From: an archaeon
Lineage (GTDB): Archaea; Undinarchaeota; CAZHTU01; JBDRCC01
DNA: 64,000 nucleotides
Reading direction: 5' to 3'
NCBI GenBank assembly: GCA_043822065.1
Contig: JBDRCC010000020.1
Coordinates: 1 to 64,000 of the forward strand
Part shown: positions 44,762-55,365 of the stretch, in pieces
How positions within the stretch are numbered: the stretch's first letter is position 1
How the letters are laid out: each line of letters opens with the position of its first letter
The notes under the pieces: generated by a model
The model's input: only the letters and a program-made list of their open reading frames with translations
Told to the model about the DNA's origin: nothing
Databases searched by the model: none
Position numbers and translations under genes: made by a program

Positions 44762-47700
44762 ATGCAGAAGATTGTAAAGCGTGCGTTGCACCCGGTACTC
44801 GGCATATTCCTGTTTTTAGTGGTAGTCTTTGCGGCACCGCAATTTGAAATTGGAAACCAAAGTCCAGTAAACGGATCTTTTTCCAGGTTCAACTATACTG
44901 CCATTAATGAAACGATAACTGAGCAGAACATGGACTCTTTTATCCTTAACTGGGACGGCGCAAATTACAGTTTTTATGAGGACAGCCTTGTCCTGATGAT
45001 GAGCTTCGAAGACTCCGCAGGATTGGGCGAGAGCTATTCAGCTTCCGACTCGTTTGTACGCGACACCTCAAAATCTGGAAATAACGGAACCACATGCGGC
45101 GGGTTGGGGGCTACTTGGACTTCTGCAGGCAAATACGGCGGAATGACTGTTTACAACGGCTCCACACAATATGTTGACATATTAAACTCGCCAACCCTCA
45201 ACTTTGGGCAAAGCGACGACTCGACAGTCATGGGCTGGGTTAAGACAAACATGGTAGGCTACCAAACGTGGTTTGACAAGTCCGCAAACAACTCGGCAGA
45301 GGGGGCAAACAAGTACCACATGTGGTACCTGCTTACGCCCAACCAGAAATTCGACTGCCGCACTGGAAAGGAGGCAGTTGCTTGGGACTCCTTTGAGTCG
45401 CTGAGCACATACACTGTTGGCGAATGGGCGCACATCGCATGCGTGAAGTCAGGGAACACAATATACCTCTACATAAATGGCGAGTACGACAGCCAAAGCC
45501 CACTAGACCTATTCTCTGGCGCCACGCCAAGCATTGACCACGCCAACATCGGAAGGTTTAGGCGGGACAATATATACTACTTCAACGGCTCGATAGACGA
45601 AGTACGCGTCTACAGAAGGGCGCTAACGGGCGCTGAAATATGGCAGCAGTACTCTTCAAACCTGAGGGAGTACGACTCAAACAAATGGGAGTTCTACTCC
45701 AACCAGACAAACCTAACTGACCGGGCTTATTCTTTCTACACATATGCGAACGACACGGTAGGGGGCTCAGCTACAACAGAAACTAGGACTGTAACCGTGG
45801 ATACCGGATTTCCTTCGACAAATTTCTCTGCCCCAACGCTTGAGAACGCCACGCACATCCGGGTGCTCTCAACAATTGTAAACCTCACGTCTTCTGATTC
45901 AAACTATCATTACGTCATCGCGGACTGGAACCGGAGCCTGGTGGGATGGTTTGGATTCGATTCGTACAACAGCACGCATGTCACTGACAGCTCCACGTGG
46001 GGCAATGATGCATGGTTCGGCGGCAATTTTAATGAGCGAAATTTCACCGGTGGCAAATATGGGCTGGCATTAGCGTTCGACGGTACGAATGACTACATAG
46101 AGGTCAACCAGACACAAAGCATCAACAACATAAACTCAGGATTCACTTTCACCGGGTGGGTCAACTTCCATCAAGTGGACCGGGCAACGGACACGTACGA
46201 CTGGCAGACGTTCTTTGCTAAGAGCAATTATGGCTCATGGTACAGCCTCATGCTCTGCACAGAGGCTGCAGACTGCGGGGGCAACAAGGTACTGAGGTTT
46301 TATACCCCTGGTTTGACCCCCACCTCAGTTGACTACAACTGGAATTCTGTGCAGGCAAACGTTTGGTACCATGTTGGAGTAACCTACAACACAACCCACA
46401 TTGCGTACTACATAGACGGGAACCAGGTTAGCGCCCCAACCGTCAGCGGGGCAGTCACCACAAACAGCAATCCGCTACTCATCGGATACGCTAAAAATGG
46501 CCCGTATCCCTTCGATGGACAGATGGATGAGCTAACATTCTGGAACCGGGCACTCTCGCCACTGGAAATAAATGCAACAATGAATGCCAGCCTGCCCAGG
46601 TATGAATACAATTTCACAAACCTGCCAGACGGCCCATACACACTCCAGGCTTATTCAAAAGATGCAGCAGGAAACGTAAACCAGACTGAACAGCTGGCAA
46701 TAGCCGTCGACACCCGAGTGCCCGGCGCCTATTTTGACAGCCCAACGCCTGCAAACAACTCCCTCTCCGGCCAGAACTCAGTTTATGTCAATATAACTGC
46801 ATCAGATGCGAACCAGCGCCATGTTGTCCTTGACTGGAATAACTCGCTAAAGGGATGGTGGAGGCTAGAGGACAATTTTGTCGACGAGAGCGGAAACAAC
46901 AATTTAGGCGAATGCACAAACTGCCCAAGCTATACCCTCTCCGGAAAGTCCGGGGGGGCTTACCAGTTCAACTCGGATACGTCCAGCTATATACTAATAA
47001 ACGACTCATCCAGCCTTGACGTCACTAAGCAGATTACCCTCGAAACATGGATTAAGCCTGCGACCTACCGGCCGATGGCAATTGTCGGCAAGTGGAACAC
47101 TGTCGGCGGCGGGCACTCGTATGTGCTGTACTCAAACGGCATTGCCTCAGCAGGCTTCAGGCTGAACAACGGCGCTACCAACTTCATTCAGCTTACAGGA
47201 TGGTCAACCGATCCCCCCCTCAACCAGTGGAGCCACCTTGTTGCAACTTACAACGGCACTACTGCAAAGGTGTATGTAAACGGGGATGAGGTCGCCTCCC
47301 AAACTGCGGTTAGTACTATCCTTAGCTCGGCCAGCTGGGTTTCCATTGGGCGGGAGGGCTATGGCAATTATTACAACGGCAGCATCGATGAGGTCAAGAT
47401 ATACAGCCGGGCGCTGCATCCTGACGAGATAAACGCATCAATGAATGCAAACCTTTGGAAATACGGGCACAACTTCACAAATCTAGCAGACGGAGCGTAC
47501 AACTTTACGGCTTACGTGGTAGATGCTGCTGGGAACAAGAACCAGACTGAGGCAAGAACTCTGACAATCGACAGCACAATACCCCAAATACAATTTGAAA
47601 CTCCAACATACCCCAACAACACAATATTGACCCTGGAAAATGCGCCAATAAACATTTCACTAACCGAAGCTAACCTAAACGAGTTTATCCTGAACTGGAA

Positions 47701-49909
47701 CAACACAAACATTTCCCTTTACGACGATTCCCTACTGGCCATGTTTAATTTTGACAATGTCGCATCAATAGGGGACAGCGCCTCGGCAGCTGCTGATTTG
47801 AGCAAAAGCGAGAACAACGCGTCCATAAACTCTGCAACTTACAGCACTGACAGCAAATACGGAAGCTCAATCTACTTTGACGGCTCGAGCTCATATGTTC
47901 AGCTTTCCAATCCCGGAAACTTCAACTTCAGCGGGGGAAGCTTTACTGCGTCAGCTTGGATAAAGGCAGAGGGCCTTGGCTCAAACAGCATGGGTGCCAT
48001 AGTGGCTAGGGATGTGGGAACAAACTTTAAATCCTGGTGGATACGGGTTGAGTCAGACTACCGGGTTAGATTCCTATTATCCGAGGATGGCGGCCCCGAG
48101 CCAAATGTTTACTCCACATCAACCGTCCAAAACCAATGGACCCATGTCACAGCAGTGAAGGACAATGACAATGAACGGATATACATGTACATAAACGGGG
48201 TAATGGAGGGAAATGTTTCCGATACCTCTGGTTCGAATGACCCGACAAACCCAATTCCTGTCCGGATTGGGGACTTCTATTCAGCTGTGGGGCGGGAGTT
48301 TAACGGCAAGATAGATGAGGTCAGAATCTGGAACAGGAGCCTTGCCCCATACGAGGTTAAGCAGGTATACTCTGCAAATCTAAGGAAATATGATTTATCG
48401 AGATGGGCGCTTTTCTCGAATCAGACTAATTTAACAGACGGAATCTACACCTATTATGGATATGCAAAGGACGTAGCACTGAACGCTAATCAGACAGAAA
48501 TCAGGACGCTTGTCATAGACGTTACGCCGCCCAATGTCTCCCAGAATACCCCCCTCGCCAATTATCTGAATGACACGAGCTATCCAGCTAACATCCTCTT
48601 CAACTGCTCTGCGGCGGATTGGTATGGGTTGTCAAACATCAGCCTGTACATAACAAACAGCCAGAACAGCAGCTTTGCGCTGTCTAATTCCTCGGACACC
48701 GGCGGAAGCCAGAACTCAAGCATCTGGGCTCTGGCCCTGTCATACGGCAACTATACCTGGGGGTGCCTGGCGCATGACCTAACAAACCATTCAACGTGGA
48801 CCGCTAACCGGACAATTACAGTAAACTTCACAGACATGGATGGGGATGGAATTGCCGACCCAGTGGATAATCTAGAATGGAGTGCATCAGATGTTGATGT
48901 AACTGGTGCGACAAACTTCGATATCACCATCAGCGGGAACAGCACAACGGGGACTTATGATGATGTCCATGATGTTGCTTTCTACGATGCATCTAGCAGG
49001 ATAATGAACTTTACCCACAACTTCACGGCTGCGAAGTTTAATCTCGCAAGAGTCTCAGTAAAACTCTCACCAACCTATATTATCGCAAACCTGAGTGGTC
49101 AGCTTCAGGGAAGAAAAACAATGTATATCGCCGACAATAACTTCATCGCCCTCTGCGTCAAGGACGCAGAAATAAGCGACATCTCGAGCATGACCGCAGA
49201 CTGCAGCGGTGTGAATGAAACTGACTTCACAACTTGCCTTGGAAACAGCACAGGCGTGACAAACAATTCACTCACCTGCTATGATGAAGGAAGCATGATT
49301 AGAATAACCAATTTAACCTATTCTGCCCTCCGCGGAACGCCCGCTCCGGCAACGGGTGGAGGCGGCGGAGGCACCTTAAAAGCACCCGTAGGCTACAACA
49401 TAACCTCCGAGATTTCCCTATTTGGCATTTCCAGCATAAAACTCTCTTTAGCAGAAACCCAGGACTTTGATTATATCCTCTATGATTTCGACGAGACTAC
49501 TTTCGAGCTGAAGATTTCCAAAAGATACACTTTCCTCAAAAACGCAGTCTTTGAGCTTCTGCCAACTCAAAAGGAAATAAGTCTAAATACCGGCGAATAC
49601 AAGCCCTTAGATCTAAACGGCGACGGTAAGAAAGACATAACCCTCACCCTGGATGAAGTCAAACACGGCTACGTGAGTGTGACCGTTGCAAGGTTCCCAG
49701 AACCGGCTCATGCAACGCCCATCTCAGACAACGAGGAATCTCTTCAAATTCCAACCCCTAAAAAAGAATCCGTTGCCGAACAACCAGAAACAAAAGAGCC
49801 AATACTGGCTGCCGAGATGGAGACTAAGAAACATTTCCCGTGGTGGCTGCTATTAGTCATATTATTACTTGCAGCTTATCTCCGCTATAATTCCAAAAAT
49901 AGAACTTAA
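44762..49909 (+). CDS. Large cell-surface protein with four LamG-like (ConA lectin) domains and Ig-like linkers
   Basis: Four W.H...Y..G...G.IDE..(Y/W).RAL-type modules; many NxS/T sites; signal peptide and C-terminal TM anchor. Confidence 0.88.
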   Translation: MQKIVKRALHPVLGIFLFLVVVFAAPQFEIGNQSPVNGSFSRFNYTAINETITEQNMDSFILNWDGANYSFYEDSLVLMMSFEDSAGLGESYSASDSFVRDTSKSGNNGTTCGGLGATWTSAGKYGGMTVYNGSTQYVDILNSPTLNFGQSDDSTVMGWVKTNMVGYQTWFDKSANNSAEGANKYHMWYLLTPNQKFDCRTGKEAVAWDSFESLSTYTVGEWAHIACVKSGNTIYLYINGEYDSQSPLDLFSGATPSIDHANIGRFRRDNIYYFNGSIDEVRVYRRALTGAEIWQQYSSNLREYDSNKWEFYSNQTNLTDRAYSFYTYANDTVGGSATTETRTVTVDTGFPSTNFSAPTLENATHIRVLSTIVNLTSSDSNYHYVIADWNRSLVGWFGFDSYNSTHVTDSSTWGNDAWFGGNFNERNFTGGKYGLALAFDGTNDYIEVNQTQSINNINSGFTFTGWVNFHQVDRATDTYDWQTFFAKSNYGSWYSLMLCTEAADCGGNKVLRFYTPGLTPTSVDYNWNSVQANVWYHVGVTYNTTHIAYYIDGNQVSAPTVSGAVTTNSNPLLIGYAKNGPYPFDGQMDELTFWNRALSPLEINATMNASLPRYEYNFTNLPDGPYTLQAYSKDAAGNVNQTEQLAIAVDTRVPGAYFDSPTPANNSLSGQNSVYVNITASDANQRHVVLDWNNSLKGWWRLEDNFVDESGNNNLGECTNCPSYTLSGKSGGAYQFNSDTSSYILINDSSSLDVTKQITLETWIKPATYRPMAIVGKWNTVGGGHSYVLYSNGIASAGFRLNNGATNFIQLTGWSTDPPLNQWSHLVATYNGTTAKVYVNGDEVASQTAVSTILSSASWVSIGREGYGNYYNGSIDEVKIYSRALHPDEINASMNANLWKYGHNFTNLADGAYNFTAYVVDAAGNKNQTEARTLTIDSTIPQIQFETPTYPNNTILTLENAPINISLTEANLNEFILNWNNTNISLYDDSLLAMFNFDNVASIGDSASAAADLSKSENNASINSATYSTDSKYGSSIYFDGSSSYVQLSNPGNFNFSGGSFTASAWIKAEGLGSNSMGAIVARDVGTNFKSWWIRVESDYRVRFLLSEDGGPEPNVYSTSTVQNQWTHVTAVKDNDNERIYMYINGVMEGNVSDTSGSNDPTNPIPVRIGDFYSAVGREFNGKIDEVRIWNRSLAPYEVKQVYSANLRKYDLSRWALFSNQTNLTDGIYTYYGYAKDVALNANQTEIRTLVIDVTPPNVSQNTPLANYLNDTSYPANILFNCSAADWYGLSNISLYITNSQNSSFALSNSSDTGGSQNSSIWALALSYGNYTWGCLAHDLTNHSTWTANRTITVNFTDMDGDGIADPVDNLEWSASDVDVTGATNFDITISGNSTTGTYDDVHDVAFYDASSRIMNFTHNFTAAKFNLARVSVKLSPTYIIANLSGQLQGRKTMYIADNNFIALCVKDAEISDISSMTADCSGVNETDFTTCLGNSTGVTNNSLTCYDEGSMIRITNLTYSALRGTPAPATGGGGGGTLKAPVGYNITSEISLFGISSIKLSLAETQDFDYILYDFDETTFELKISKRYTFLKNAVFELLPTQKEISLNTGEYKPLDLNGDGKKDITLTLDEVKHGYVSVTVARFPEPAHATPISDNEESLQIPTPKKESVAEQPETKEPILAAEMETKKHFPWWLLLVILLLAAYLRYNSKNRT

Positions 49910-49916
49910 CTTTCGA

Positions 49917-50075
49917 TTAAGCGCGCCGCCTGCCCTTTCTTGGGACATCATTCTGCCCGTATTCTGCCAGCCTTTTCCTGGCATCGGCATCGCTTAAGCC
50001 GGACCGCGTGGAATCAAGCTTCCCCAGAAGCGCATCAGCATTCATGCTCCAGGGCGACTCTATGCGGGCAGCCAT
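49917..50075 (-). pseudogene. Truncated N-terminal fragment of a P-type cation ATPase
   Basis: MAARIESPWSMNADALLGKLDSTRSGLSDADARKRLAEYGQNDVPRKGRRRA*, containing the GLS...A..RL..YG.N motif. Confidence 0.7.
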
Positions 50076-50115
50076 ACGCTTAGAATGAGCGGGGGTATAT
50101 ATTGGTTTATTGAAG

Positions 50116-50201
50116 CGCCGGGAGAGGGATTTGAACCCCCACGGGCCAAAGGCCCATACGCTCTCGAGGCGTACGCGTTAGCCAGATTCTGCCATCCCGG
50201 C
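50116..50201 (-). tRNA. tRNA-Ser (CGA)
   Basis: Acceptor GCCGGGA/TCCCGGC, G discriminator, anticodon arm TACGC-CTCGAGA-GCGTA, long variable arm GGGCC-TTT-GGCCC, T-loop TTCAAAT. Confidence 0.95.
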
Positions 50202-50208
50202 ACCGCCC

Positions 50209-51711
50209 TTATTTTTTCTCCCGCGACTTTATACCCTTATCTATCTTGTCCTTTATCTGTTCCGACTCCTTTTCGCCCTCAAGGGTCCTCATGTGCGGGA
50301 ACAGGACGACATCTCTTATCGACGGCGAATTAGTGAGCACCATAACAAACCTCTCAATTCCGAGCCCCCAGCCCGCGGTCGGCGGCATCCCGTACTCGAG
50401 CGCGCGGACGTAGTCTTCGTCCATCATGTGCGCCTCCTCGTCCCCGGCCGCCCTGTCCTTGAGCTGCCCCTTGAACCTTTCGTCCTGGTCCACCGGGTCG
50501 TTCAATTCCGAATAAGCATTCACGAGCTCCATCCCGCCAACGTACATCTCAAACCTCTCGACGAGGTCCGGGTTGCCCCTCTTCCTCTTCGCAAGCGGGG
50601 AAAGCTCAAGCGGGTAGTCGTATATGAAAGTCGGCTGTATGAGCTTCGGCTCGACAAGCTCGCTGAATAATTCGTCTATCGCCTGCGCCTTGGTCGCGTT
50701 CGGCTCAAGCCGTATCCCGTTCGCCTCAGCCAGCTCAAGCAGCGCGTTCCTGTCTTTCCCCTCGACATCCACGCCGCCAATCTTCTTCAGCCCCTCGTAA
50801 ACTGTGTACTTCTTGAACGGCGCCTTGAAGTCAATATCATTCCCGCCGTACTTGACCTTCAGCCCGCCGGTGGCTTTCTTGACAATCTCAGAAAAGAACG
50901 TCTCAGTGAAGTCCATCAGCTTATTGTAATCAGCATACGCCCAGTAGAACTCCATCATGGTGAACTCCGGGTTGTGCTTCGTCGAAATCCCCTCGTTCCT
51001 GAAGTTCCGGTTTATCTCGTAAACCTTCTCGAACCCGCCGACTATCAGCCTTTTCAGGTAAAGCTCAGGAGCAATCCTCAGGTACAAATTCCTGTCCAGG
51101 ACATTGTGGTATGTTATGAACGGCTTTGCCATCGCCCCGCCGGCAATCGCCTGGAGCATCGGGGTCTCGACCTCAAGGAAGCCCTCGCCCTCCATGAACT
51201 CGCGTATCGCCTTTACAATCCTGCTCCTTGCGACAAAAGTCTCCTTGACCTCCGGGTTGACTATGAGGTCCAGGTACCTCTGGCGGTAGCGGAGCTCAAC
51301 GTCCTTCAGCCCGTGCCATTTCTCAGGCAGGGACCTCAGCGCCTTGCAGAGTATCTCGATTTTTTTCGCCTTTACGCTGACCTCGCCCCTTTTGGTCTTG
51401 AACACCTCTCCCTCGACGCCGACAAAGTCCCCTATATCTAGGTACTCGAGCATGGCATACTTGTCTTTCATGTCGTCCTGGAAGAAAGCCGCCTGTATTT
51501 GCCCGGAGTCGTCCTTCAGGTGCATGAAGCTTATCGCGCCGTGCTGCCGCAGGCTCATTATCCTGCCAGCGACCTTCGCCTTCTTGCCTTCGAGCTTTGA
51601 GAAGCCGTCAAGCACTTCCTTCGCATGGTGCGTCCTCTCAAAGATGTAGGGGTACGGCTCGATGCCATCCTTCCTCATCCTGTCGAGCTTTGCCTTTCTC
51701 TGCTCTTCCAT
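50209..51711 (-). CDS. lysS: Lysine--tRNA ligase, class II
   Basis: OB fold, RYRQRYLDL, LRIAPELYLKRL, FRNEG...HNPEFT, YGMPPTAG.GLGIER. Confidence 0.97.
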   Translation of the reverse strand: MEEQRKAKLDRMRKDGIEPYPYIFERTHHAKEVLDGFSKLEGKKAKVAGRIMSLRQHGAISFMHLKDDSGQIQAAFFQDDMKDKYAMLEYLDIGDFVGVEGEVFKTKRGEVSVKAKKIEILCKALRSLPEKWHGLKDVELRYRQRYLDLIVNPEVKETFVARSRIVKAIREFMEGEGFLEVETPMLQAIAGGAMAKPFITYHNVLDRNLYLRIAPELYLKRLIVGGFEKVYEINRNFRNEGISTKHNPEFTMMEFYWAYADYNKLMDFTETFFSEIVKKATGGLKVKYGGNDIDFKAPFKKYTVYEGLKKIGGVDVEGKDRNALLELAEANGIRLEPNATKAQAIDELFSELVEPKLIQPTFIYDYPLELSPLAKRKRGNPDLVERFEMYVGGMELVNAYSELNDPVDQDERFKGQLKDRAAGDEEAHMMDEDYVRALEYGMPPTAGWGLGIERFVMVLTNSPSIRDVVLFPHMRTLEGEKESEQIKDKIDKGIKSREKK

Positions 51712-51793
51712 ATCAGGTTATACCGTCCGGAAATTAATAAGCTTATTGAACTCTGCCGACATCTTAAATATTACTTCCGACTTAGCTTTCTCC

Positions 51794-52978
51794 ATGCTCA
51801 AAGCAGCCCTCGGTCTAATCGCGCTTGCAGTTGCTGCAGCGCTGCTCTGGACGGACAGGAAAAACATCGAGCGCTCTTCTGTCTTCTTTGTCAGGCGCAC
51901 CAAGAAGGGCATTTACCTCCTCGACAGGCTCGCCAAGATTCCCGGGCTGAGGCTCTTCTACTCGGTAGGCATACCCCTCTGCCTGCTCGGCATCCTCTAC
52001 ATTCTGCTAATCGTCGGCTCGAACGCCATCTACATATTGACGCATCCGGCTGCCTCCCCCGGGCTCGCGCCAATAATACCCGGCGTCAGAATCCCGGGCT
52101 CGCCGGTTTACGTCCCGCTTGGCTACGGCATCCTTGGCCTTTTCATCCTGCTCATAGTCCACGAGGGCTCCCACGGCATAACCGCACGCTTAGACAAAAT
52201 AAAGGTCAAGAGCACCGGGCTTCTCTTAGCATTAGCAATCCCCGGCGCATTTGTTGAGCCTGACAAGAACTCCTTCGAGCGCGCAAAGACAATGTCCAAG
52301 CTCCGCGTCGCTGCGGCAGGCTCGTTTGCAAACATCCTTACCGCGGGAATCTGCGTCCTCCTGATTGTCTTCGCGCTTTCGGCATATTCTCCAACCGGGG
52401 TAGTCGTTGTTTACACCTTCAACGACACGCCTGCGTTTGATGCGTTCAACCAGACCACGGTTATAACGCACTTCGAGGGCGAAAGAATAAGGACTGTGAC
52501 CGAGCTCGGGGTTGCGATAAACAGGACATCCCCAAACCAGACTGTTTCCTTCGATGTGCTCCAGCTTGACGATGAGCGCGTCGTTCCAAGGCAGGTCTCC
52601 CTGACGACAATACACGCCCCGAACAACACCGCCCAGAGCTACGTCGGGCTGAGCGCGGTCGAGCCCGTCGCCCAGGGCCTTATCTTCTCCCTCCCAATAT
52701 CCTCGATTTCGCTTATAGAATACGTCAACCCGCTTTACTGGTCGATACCGCAGGAGTCTTACCTCTGGTACGTCCTCAACTCCCTGAAGTGGATTGCATT
52801 CCTCAACTTCGCAATAGGCGCGGTCAACCTCCTCCCAGTCCAGCCGCTTGACGGCGGGCTGATGGTGAAAGAAATCGCAAAAAAGGTTTCCGCGAAATAC
52901 GAAAAGTATGTCACCGGGCTGTTCTCGCTGCTAGTCGTGGCTATTTTTGCCCTTAACCTTCTTCCCTATTTCCTTTGA
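51794..52978 (+). CDS. Site-2 protease (M50) with PDZ-like domain
   Basis: HEGSH, GAFVEPD, AAAGS.AN, NLLPVQPLDGG. Confidence 0.92.
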   Translation: MLKAALGLIALAVAAALLWTDRKNIERSSVFFVRRTKKGIYLLDRLAKIPGLRLFYSVGIPLCLLGILYILLIVGSNAIYILTHPAASPGLAPIIPGVRIPGSPVYVPLGYGILGLFILLIVHEGSHGITARLDKIKVKSTGLLLALAIPGAFVEPDKNSFERAKTMSKLRVAAAGSFANILTAGICVLLIVFALSAYSPTGVVVVYTFNDTPAFDAFNQTTVITHFEGERIRTVTELGVAINRTSPNQTVSFDVLQLDDERVVPRQVSLTTIHAPNNTAQSYVGLSAVEPVAQGLIFSLPISSISLIEYVNPLYWSIPQESYLWYVLNSLKWIAFLNFAIGAVNLLPVQPLDGGLMVKEIAKKVSAKYEKYVTGLFSLLVVAIFALNLLPYFL

Positions 52979-54442
52979 TACGTAAAACCCGTCGTCCCTG
53001 TACCCAAGGTTCCTGTAATACGGCTTAGTTCCGATTCCGCTGAGAACGTAAAGTTTCCCGCCGCCTGCAATTCTCTCTGCCTCCTCAAGGAGGCTCTTCC
53101 CGAGCCCGAAGTGCTGCTTCGCGGACGAAATCCTCCTGCCAATCGGCACCTGCTCGCCGTACACCCGCAGCTCGCGCACGACCGGAATGCTGCCAAGCCT
53201 CAGCCTGAGGAAGGCGGCTATGCTGTCCGTCCCCTTATCCTCATACGAAAGGAAAACCTCCTTCCCGCCCGACGCCTCATACTCAATCTTCTCAAGCCCG
53301 AGGTCCGAGACCTTCACTCCCCTGCGCCCGACCTCCCTGCACCTTATGCAGGGGCATGACCTCTCCTCTTCCGCCAGCCTTTCGGCGACAAGCTCGGTGA
53401 TGTTCGACTTCTGCGAGCCGGCTGCTATCTTGTTGATTGGGATGTCCCTTTGCATCCTCATTATCCTAAGGTACCTTGGGAAATAATTTGTCGCCTTCGC
53501 AACCACGTCGACTATGTCTTCGGCCGAATAGGGCACGTACTCCCCTTTTTTCCACATCTCATGCAGTTTCGTGCCGGGAATGACGAGGCAGGGGTAAATC
53601 TTCATCATGTCCGGCCTGAACCTCGGGTCAGAGAACAGCCCCCTGAACATCTCAACATCCCTCTTCTTGTCCGATCCCGGCAGCCCAGGCATGATGTGGT
53701 ACACAACCTTCATTCCAGCTTCCCTTGCGAGCATGCTCGCCTTTGCAGTCGCCTCCACACTGTGCCCCCGGCTCACCTTTTTCAGGACGTCATCGTAAAT
53801 GCTCTGGACGCCAAGCTCGACCCGGGTCGCGCCAAGCCCGAGCATTACGTTAATCTCCTTCTGCGAGCAGAAGTCGGGGCGCGTCTCCACAGTCAGCCCG
53901 GTGCACCTGTTCCTGGCACTCTCATTCAGCATCTGCGCCGAGCGGAGCGTCTTGGAAGTTTTTCCATTCAGCGCATCAAAGCACCTTTTGACAAACTTTG
54001 CCTGATACTCCGGCTTTTCAGACGGGAACGTCCCGCCCATGACTATCAGCTCGCACTTGTCAGTCACGTGCCCGCCCTCCCGAAGCTGCTTCAGCCTGTT
54101 TGTGACCTGCCTATAAGGGTCGAACTCGTTAGACCGCGCCCTTCTCGTAGCAGGCTCATACCCCGTGTAGGACTTTGGGGCAATCTCGGACGTCGGGCAG
54201 TATATGCACTCGCCAGGGCACTTGAACCCAGGGTACATCACGGCAAGGACTGTTATCCCCGAGAGGCTCCTGACCGGCTTCGTCTTCAGGACCTTCAGCT
54301 CCGCCCGTTCCTCTTCAGAGCACTCGGCAAGGATGTCTGCGTTCGAAAGCACTTTTCCATGCTTCCTGGCGTACTCCCTCCTCAGCCTCTCAAGGTTTTC
54401 ATGCGTCGGCTTCTTCAGAAGCCCGCCAATTATCTCCCTCAT
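52931..54442 (-). CDS. elp3: tRNA uridine(34) acetyltransferase Elp3
   Basis: CPGECIYCP, PKSYTGYEP, MGGTF, ETRPD, KIYP, QRDIP, QHFGLG..L. Confidence 0.95.
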   Translation of the reverse strand: MREIIGGLLKKPTHENLERLRREYARKHGKVLSNADILAECSEEERAELKVLKTKPVRSLSGITVLAVMYPGFKCPGECIYCPTSEIAPKSYTGYEPATRRARSNEFDPYRQVTNRLKQLREGGHVTDKCELIVMGGTFPSEKPEYQAKFVKRCFDALNGKTSKTLRSAQMLNESARNRCTGLTVETRPDFCSQKEINVMLGLGATRVELGVQSIYDDVLKKVSRGHSVEATAKASMLAREAGMKVVYHIMPGLPGSDKKRDVEMFRGLFSDPRFRPDMMKIYPCLVIPGTKLHEMWKKGEYVPYSAEDIVDVVAKATNYFPRYLRIMRMQRDIPINKIAAGSQKSNITELVAERLAEEERSCPCIRCREVGRRGVKVSDLGLEKIEYEASGGKEVFLSYEDKGTDSIAAFLRLRLGSIPVVRELRVYGEQVPIGRRISSAKQHFGLGKSLLEEAERIAGGGKLYVLSGIGTKPYYRNLGYRDDGFYVSKEIGKKVKGKNSHD

Positions 54443-54478
54443 CGCAACTCTTTAATAAGCCCCCGATATACCAAAATC

Positions 54479-55345
54479 ATGGACAAGGTCTATTTAGTGC
54501 TTATCGTCGTTGGGCTGCTTTTTATCGGCTCCGTCACCTATTCCTACATGGCATTCACCGACGGGTTCCCCTGGGGGGACAAAATCGCGGTCATCGAAAT
54601 CAACGGCCCAATCGACTTCGGCCCGATGCAAAACGGGGTTGCGCCGGTGCAAATAGCCAGCCTTATCAAGGAGGCAGAGGAAAACCCCTCCGTCAAGGCA
54701 ATCGTTCTTGAAATCAACTCGCCAGGCGGCTCCCCAGTCAGCTCAGACGAGATTGCAAGGGCGGTCCGCGACGCTGAGAAGCCGACCGTTGCCTGGCTCG
54801 GCGACATCGCGGCAAGCGGCGGATACTGGATTGCAGCCTCCGCAGACAAGATTGTCGCGCACCCGATGAGCGTAACCGGCTCAATCGGCGCGTTCTCCCT
54901 GCTGGTCGAGCTGTCAGACCTTATGGATGACGTCGGCGTGAATGTTGAATACATACAATCCGCAGAATACAAATCGCTCGGAAGCCCGTTCCACAATGCC
55001 ACCGACGAGGAGAAGCAAATCCTCCTGGACATGGTACTGGAAATACATGAGCAGTTTGTCCAGACTGTCGCGGAAAGCCGCGGCATGGATGTAGAGGCTG
55101 TCCGGAAAATTGCGGATGGCAGGCCTTTTTCCGGGCGGACTGCCTATGAGCTTGGTCTTGTCGACTCCCTTGGCAACGAGCAGGACGCGATAGAGCTCGC
55201 AAAGGAGCTTGGCGGAGTGGAGGGCGAGCCTGAGATTATCAGGATGCAGCCGAAGAAGCCGCTGTTCCTTGACCTTTTCTCAACCCCGTTCACCCTTGCA
55301 AAAGGCGTAAGCGGCTTGGAAGCCGGTAACCTGATTACGACTTAA
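54479..55345 (+). CDS. sppA: Signal peptide peptidase SppA (S49)
   Basis: INSPGGS, AASGGYWIA, TGSIG, GLVD. Confidence 0.94.
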   Translation: MDKVYLVLIVVGLLFIGSVTYSYMAFTDGFPWGDKIAVIEINGPIDFGPMQNGVAPVQIASLIKEAEENPSVKAIVLEINSPGGSPVSSDEIARAVRDAEKPTVAWLGDIAASGGYWIAASADKIVAHPMSVTGSIGAFSLLVELSDLMDDVGVNVEYIQSAEYKSLGSPFHNATDEEKQILLDMVLEIHEQFVQTVAESRGMDVEAVRKIADGRPFSGRTAYELGLVDSLGNEQDAIELAKELGGVEGEPEIIRMQPKKPLFLDLFSTPFTLAKGVSGLEAGNLITT

Positions 55346-55365
55346 ATCCCATAACTCTGAGCGAA

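Noticed and set aside
44762-50201. tRNA-integrated provirus or genomic island
   Set aside because: I found no integrase and no duplicated tRNA 3' end in the window
50085-50333. 82-aa ORF containing PGEGFEPP
   Set aside because: It is the translation of the tRNA-Ser antisense strand
53450-54478. 631-aa ORF with a long N-terminal extension on SppA
   Set aside because: The extension is the antisense of elp3, and the real start is 54479
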